Shown: piece after piece, positions 62,406 through 64,000 of the stretch
Numbering within the stretch: position 1 is the first letter of the stretch
Layout of the letters: every line of letters starts with the position of its first letter
Assembly: GCA_035550275.1 (NCBI GenBank)
Contig: DASZPQ010000023.1
Span: forward strand, 13,603-77,602
Length of the DNA stretch: 64,000 bases
From: Gaiellaceae bacterium
Lineage (GTDB): Bacteria > Actinomycetota > Thermoleophilia > Gaiellales > Gaiellaceae
Direction of reading: 5' to 3'
Made by a program: the position numbers and the translations under genes
The notes under the pieces: model-generated
What the model saw: the letters and a program-made list of their open reading frames with translations, nothing else
Told to the model about the DNA's origin: nothing
Databases searched by the model: none

Positions 62406-63488
62406 CTACGCCACGTCGGCAACGGCGACCGACCAGATGGGAGGCAGGTGACCGGCCAGCTCGGTCCAGGTGTCTCCCTCGTCGATGCTCGCGTACAGCT
62501 GTCCCGTGCTCGTCCCGAAGTACAGACCCGGCACGTCGTCATCGTCGATTGCCATCGCCGCTCGCAGGACACCCAGGTGCGCGTGCTGCGTCGGCAGGCC
62601 ACGGTCGAGCTGCTGCCAGCTCCCGCCGGCGTCCCGGGTGCGCCAGACAGCTGCGTGACCTTCCGGCATGCAGCGGCCGTGGCCCGGATCGAGCGGGATC
62701 ACGTAGAAGGTGTCGCGATCGTGCGGGTGCACCGCGGCAGCGAAGCCGAACTCGCTCGGCAGCCCCTCGGTGATCTCGGTCCAGGAATGGCCGGCGTCGT
62801 CGCTCCTGTGCACACCGACGTGGTTTTGCTGGTAGAGGCGGTTCCGGTCGGTCGGCGCGCGGACAAGCCGGTGCACGCAGAACCCGACCTCCTCGTGAGG
62901 CCGCGGCCAGTCGGCGCGTAGGCCGCGATTGCGCGGCGTCCAGCTCTCGCCGGCATCGGCTGTCTCGAAGGCGCCTACGCCCTGGACGATCGCGAAGAAG
63001 CTTGCATCCTCGTCGGGGTCAGGCATGAGCGCCGAGATGCCGAGATGCCCGGGCGGCTGATTGGCCGGATCGTTCCACTCCTCGCTGCCGGGCTGTCCGG
63101 CGAGGGTGCTCAAGAGCGACCAGCTCTCGCCTCCGTCGCGGCTCTCGAAGATCCCCGGCGCTTCGACGCCGGCGAGCACCCGGTCGCCCTGAACCGCGAG
63201 ACTCGAGATCTTGGAGACCTTGCGCGGATCGTCGTCGCCGTAGCCGAGTCCCTCGCTCGAGAAGGCCCAGGACTCGCCGAGGTCGCTGCTGCGCCAGACG
63301 GCTGCGCCGTGCCACTCGCTCGCGCAGGCAGCGAAGATCGTCCCGGAGGCCTGGTCGTGGATCGCGTGGTAGACCGGCCAGCTCTCGCAGAACGGCCCGC
63401 GGATCTCCCAGTCCGTCCGTCCAGGATCGCTCTCGACGACAAAGAGCCCCTTCCGGGTTCCGATCAGGAGCACTGTCCGAGCCATCAC
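62406..63488 (-). CDS. BNR/sialidase-like (Ycf48-like) beta-propeller repeat protein
   Basis: Repeated S/D-x-D-x-G-x-[ST]-W motifs (SSDLGESW, SRDGGESW, TADAGESW, SDDAGHSW, TRDAGGSW, SIDEGDTW). Confidence 0.8.
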   Translation of the reverse strand: MMARTVLLIGTRKGLFVVESDPGRTDWEIRGPFCESWPVYHAIHDQASGTIFAACASEWHGAAVWRSSDLGESWAFSSEGLGYGDDDPRKVSKISSLAVQGDRVLAGVEAPGIFESRDGGESWSLLSTLAGQPGSEEWNDPANQPPGHLGISALMPDPDEDASFFAIVQGVGAFETADAGESWTPRNRGLRADWPRPHEEVGFCVHRLVRAPTDRNRLYQQNHVGVHRSDDAGHSWTEITEGLPSEFGFAAAVHPHDRDTFYVIPLDPGHGRCMPEGHAAVWRTRDAGGSWQQLDRGLPTQHAHLGVLRAAMAIDDDDVPGLYFGTSTGQLYASIDEGDTWTELAGHLPPIWSVAVADVA

Positions 63489-63703
63489 ACCACCTTCGAT
63501 CGTTGCCTCGGCGTATTCAAACGAACGACGCGCCCTGGGTCAAAAAACTGCCTTCGGCGCTGCTGTGCGCGATTGCACAAAACCGGTGTTCCTCGATGAT
63601 CTCGACGGACGCCTCGAAGAACTCGAAGAGAAGGGCGTCCGAGTTCTGCGCGAGCCGGAGCTGACGGGAAAGCGAACGGCTTGCTGCATCTCGCGACGAA
63701 CAG

Positions 63704-63726
63704 AAAGCCCCGCTACGCGAGGCTTT
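63704..63726 (-). terminator. Possible terminator hairpin downstream of tRNA-Thr
   Basis: AAAGCC...GGCTTT arms with a partly paired interior, 6 nt after the tRNA 3' end. No clear U-tract. Confidence 0.3.
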
Positions 63727-63731
63727 GAGAG

Positions 63732-63804
63732 AGCCCTCTAACAGACTCGAACTGTTGACCCCCTCCTTACCATGGAGGTGCTCTACCAACTGAGCTAAGA
63801 GGGC
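63732..63804 (-). tRNA. tRNA-Thr (anticodon GGT)
   Basis: The reverse complement reads GCCCTCT-TA-GCTC-AGTTGGTA-GAGC-A-CCTCC-ATGGTAA-GGAGG-GGGTC-AACAG-TTCGAGT-CTGTT-AGAGGGC-T. This is a full cloverleaf of 73 nt. CCA is not encoded. Confidence 0.9.
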
Positions 63805-63896
63805 TTGCCGGTACGGATTGTAGAGCCAGTTCGGCCTGGACGGTGCGCGACTCTCGACGCCGGCGCGATTTCGTCGATCTTGGTCGAACGCTCCCC

Positions 63897-64000
63897 CTAG
63901 ACGTCTACCTGCGTCCCCATCAGCACGGTGCGGTCGTCCGGGAGCCCGAAGTACTCGGTTGGGCTTGCAGCGTTGCGCGCCAGCGCCAGGAACAGCCGCT
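63897..64000 (-). CDS. kup: KUP-family potassium uptake protein, C-terminal end (gene continues beyond window)
   Basis: Minus-strand translation ...RLFLALARNAASPTEYFGLPDDRTVLMGTQVDV* matches the conserved Kup C-terminus (E. coli Kup ends ...PPNRVIELGTQVEI). Confidence 0.75.
   Translation of the reverse strand, partial: RLFLALARNAASPTEYFGLPDDRTVLMGTQVDV

Noticed and set aside
63517-63789. 90-aa minus-strand ORF
   Set aside because: It overlaps the tRNA-Thr gene and its terminator hairpin. The composition is atypical, so it is most likely spurious.
63488-63900. tRNA-adjacent genomic island or integrase attachment site
   Set aside because: No integrase, recombinase or direct repeat of the tRNA 3' end is seen within the window. 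Flanking genes (beta-propeller/MoaD, kup) look like ordinary chromosomal genes with the same composition.

Overview
High-GC window (about 70% by eye), densely coding, Actinomycetota-like. Supporting signs: an F420/LLM oxidoreductase, many lipobox lipoproteins, frequent ATGA start/stop overlaps, and long stop-free antisense ORFs. I support about 60 protein genes, one tRNA-Thr(GGT) and a partial kup at the right edge. I saw no CRISPR array, transposase, integrase or rRNA.

The window is very rich in signal transduction:
- 4 classical two-component pairs
- a 3-gene HK/RR/hybrid-HK relay
- an orphan PAS kinase plus a NarL-type regulator
- 2 EAL proteins
- a LAL-type LuxR regulator
- a DeoR regulator
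- a Ser/Thr kinase

Main finding: an apparently undescribed cell-envelope system present in three modules.
- Its signature is a nine-member family of small lipoproteins (about 175-220 aa). Each has a lipobox signal peptide, an S/T/G-rich linker, and two copies of a half-domain containing C-x-R-x-x-G-x3-[FWY]-P-D-P followed 35-45 aa later by a second Cys.
- These genes mostly occur as translationally coupled pairs.
- They sit beside OmpR-type two-component systems. In two modules they also sit beside a peptidoglycan-binding HlyD-like adaptor and a MacB/FtsX-type ABC transporter.
- Phased direct repeats, including an exact 11-mer (TTTCATCGACT) present four times, mark their promoters.
- In one module an Ig-like repeat surface-protein gene is wedged between the ABC ATPase and permease genes and carries a single in-frame TAG.

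Other notable items:
- a small Cys-loop secreted peptide next to an S8 protease, with a shared 17-bp upstream motif
- a 1454-aa secreted protein with five lamin-tail domains
- an ATGA-coupled MBL/MFS/isochorismatase/HhH-GPD glycosylase operon under a LAL regulator
- an AT-rich palindromic island with a 27-codon upstream ORF
- a MoaD-like (C-terminal GG) and beta-propeller gene pair

All functional calls come from motif recognition by eye. No database search was run.
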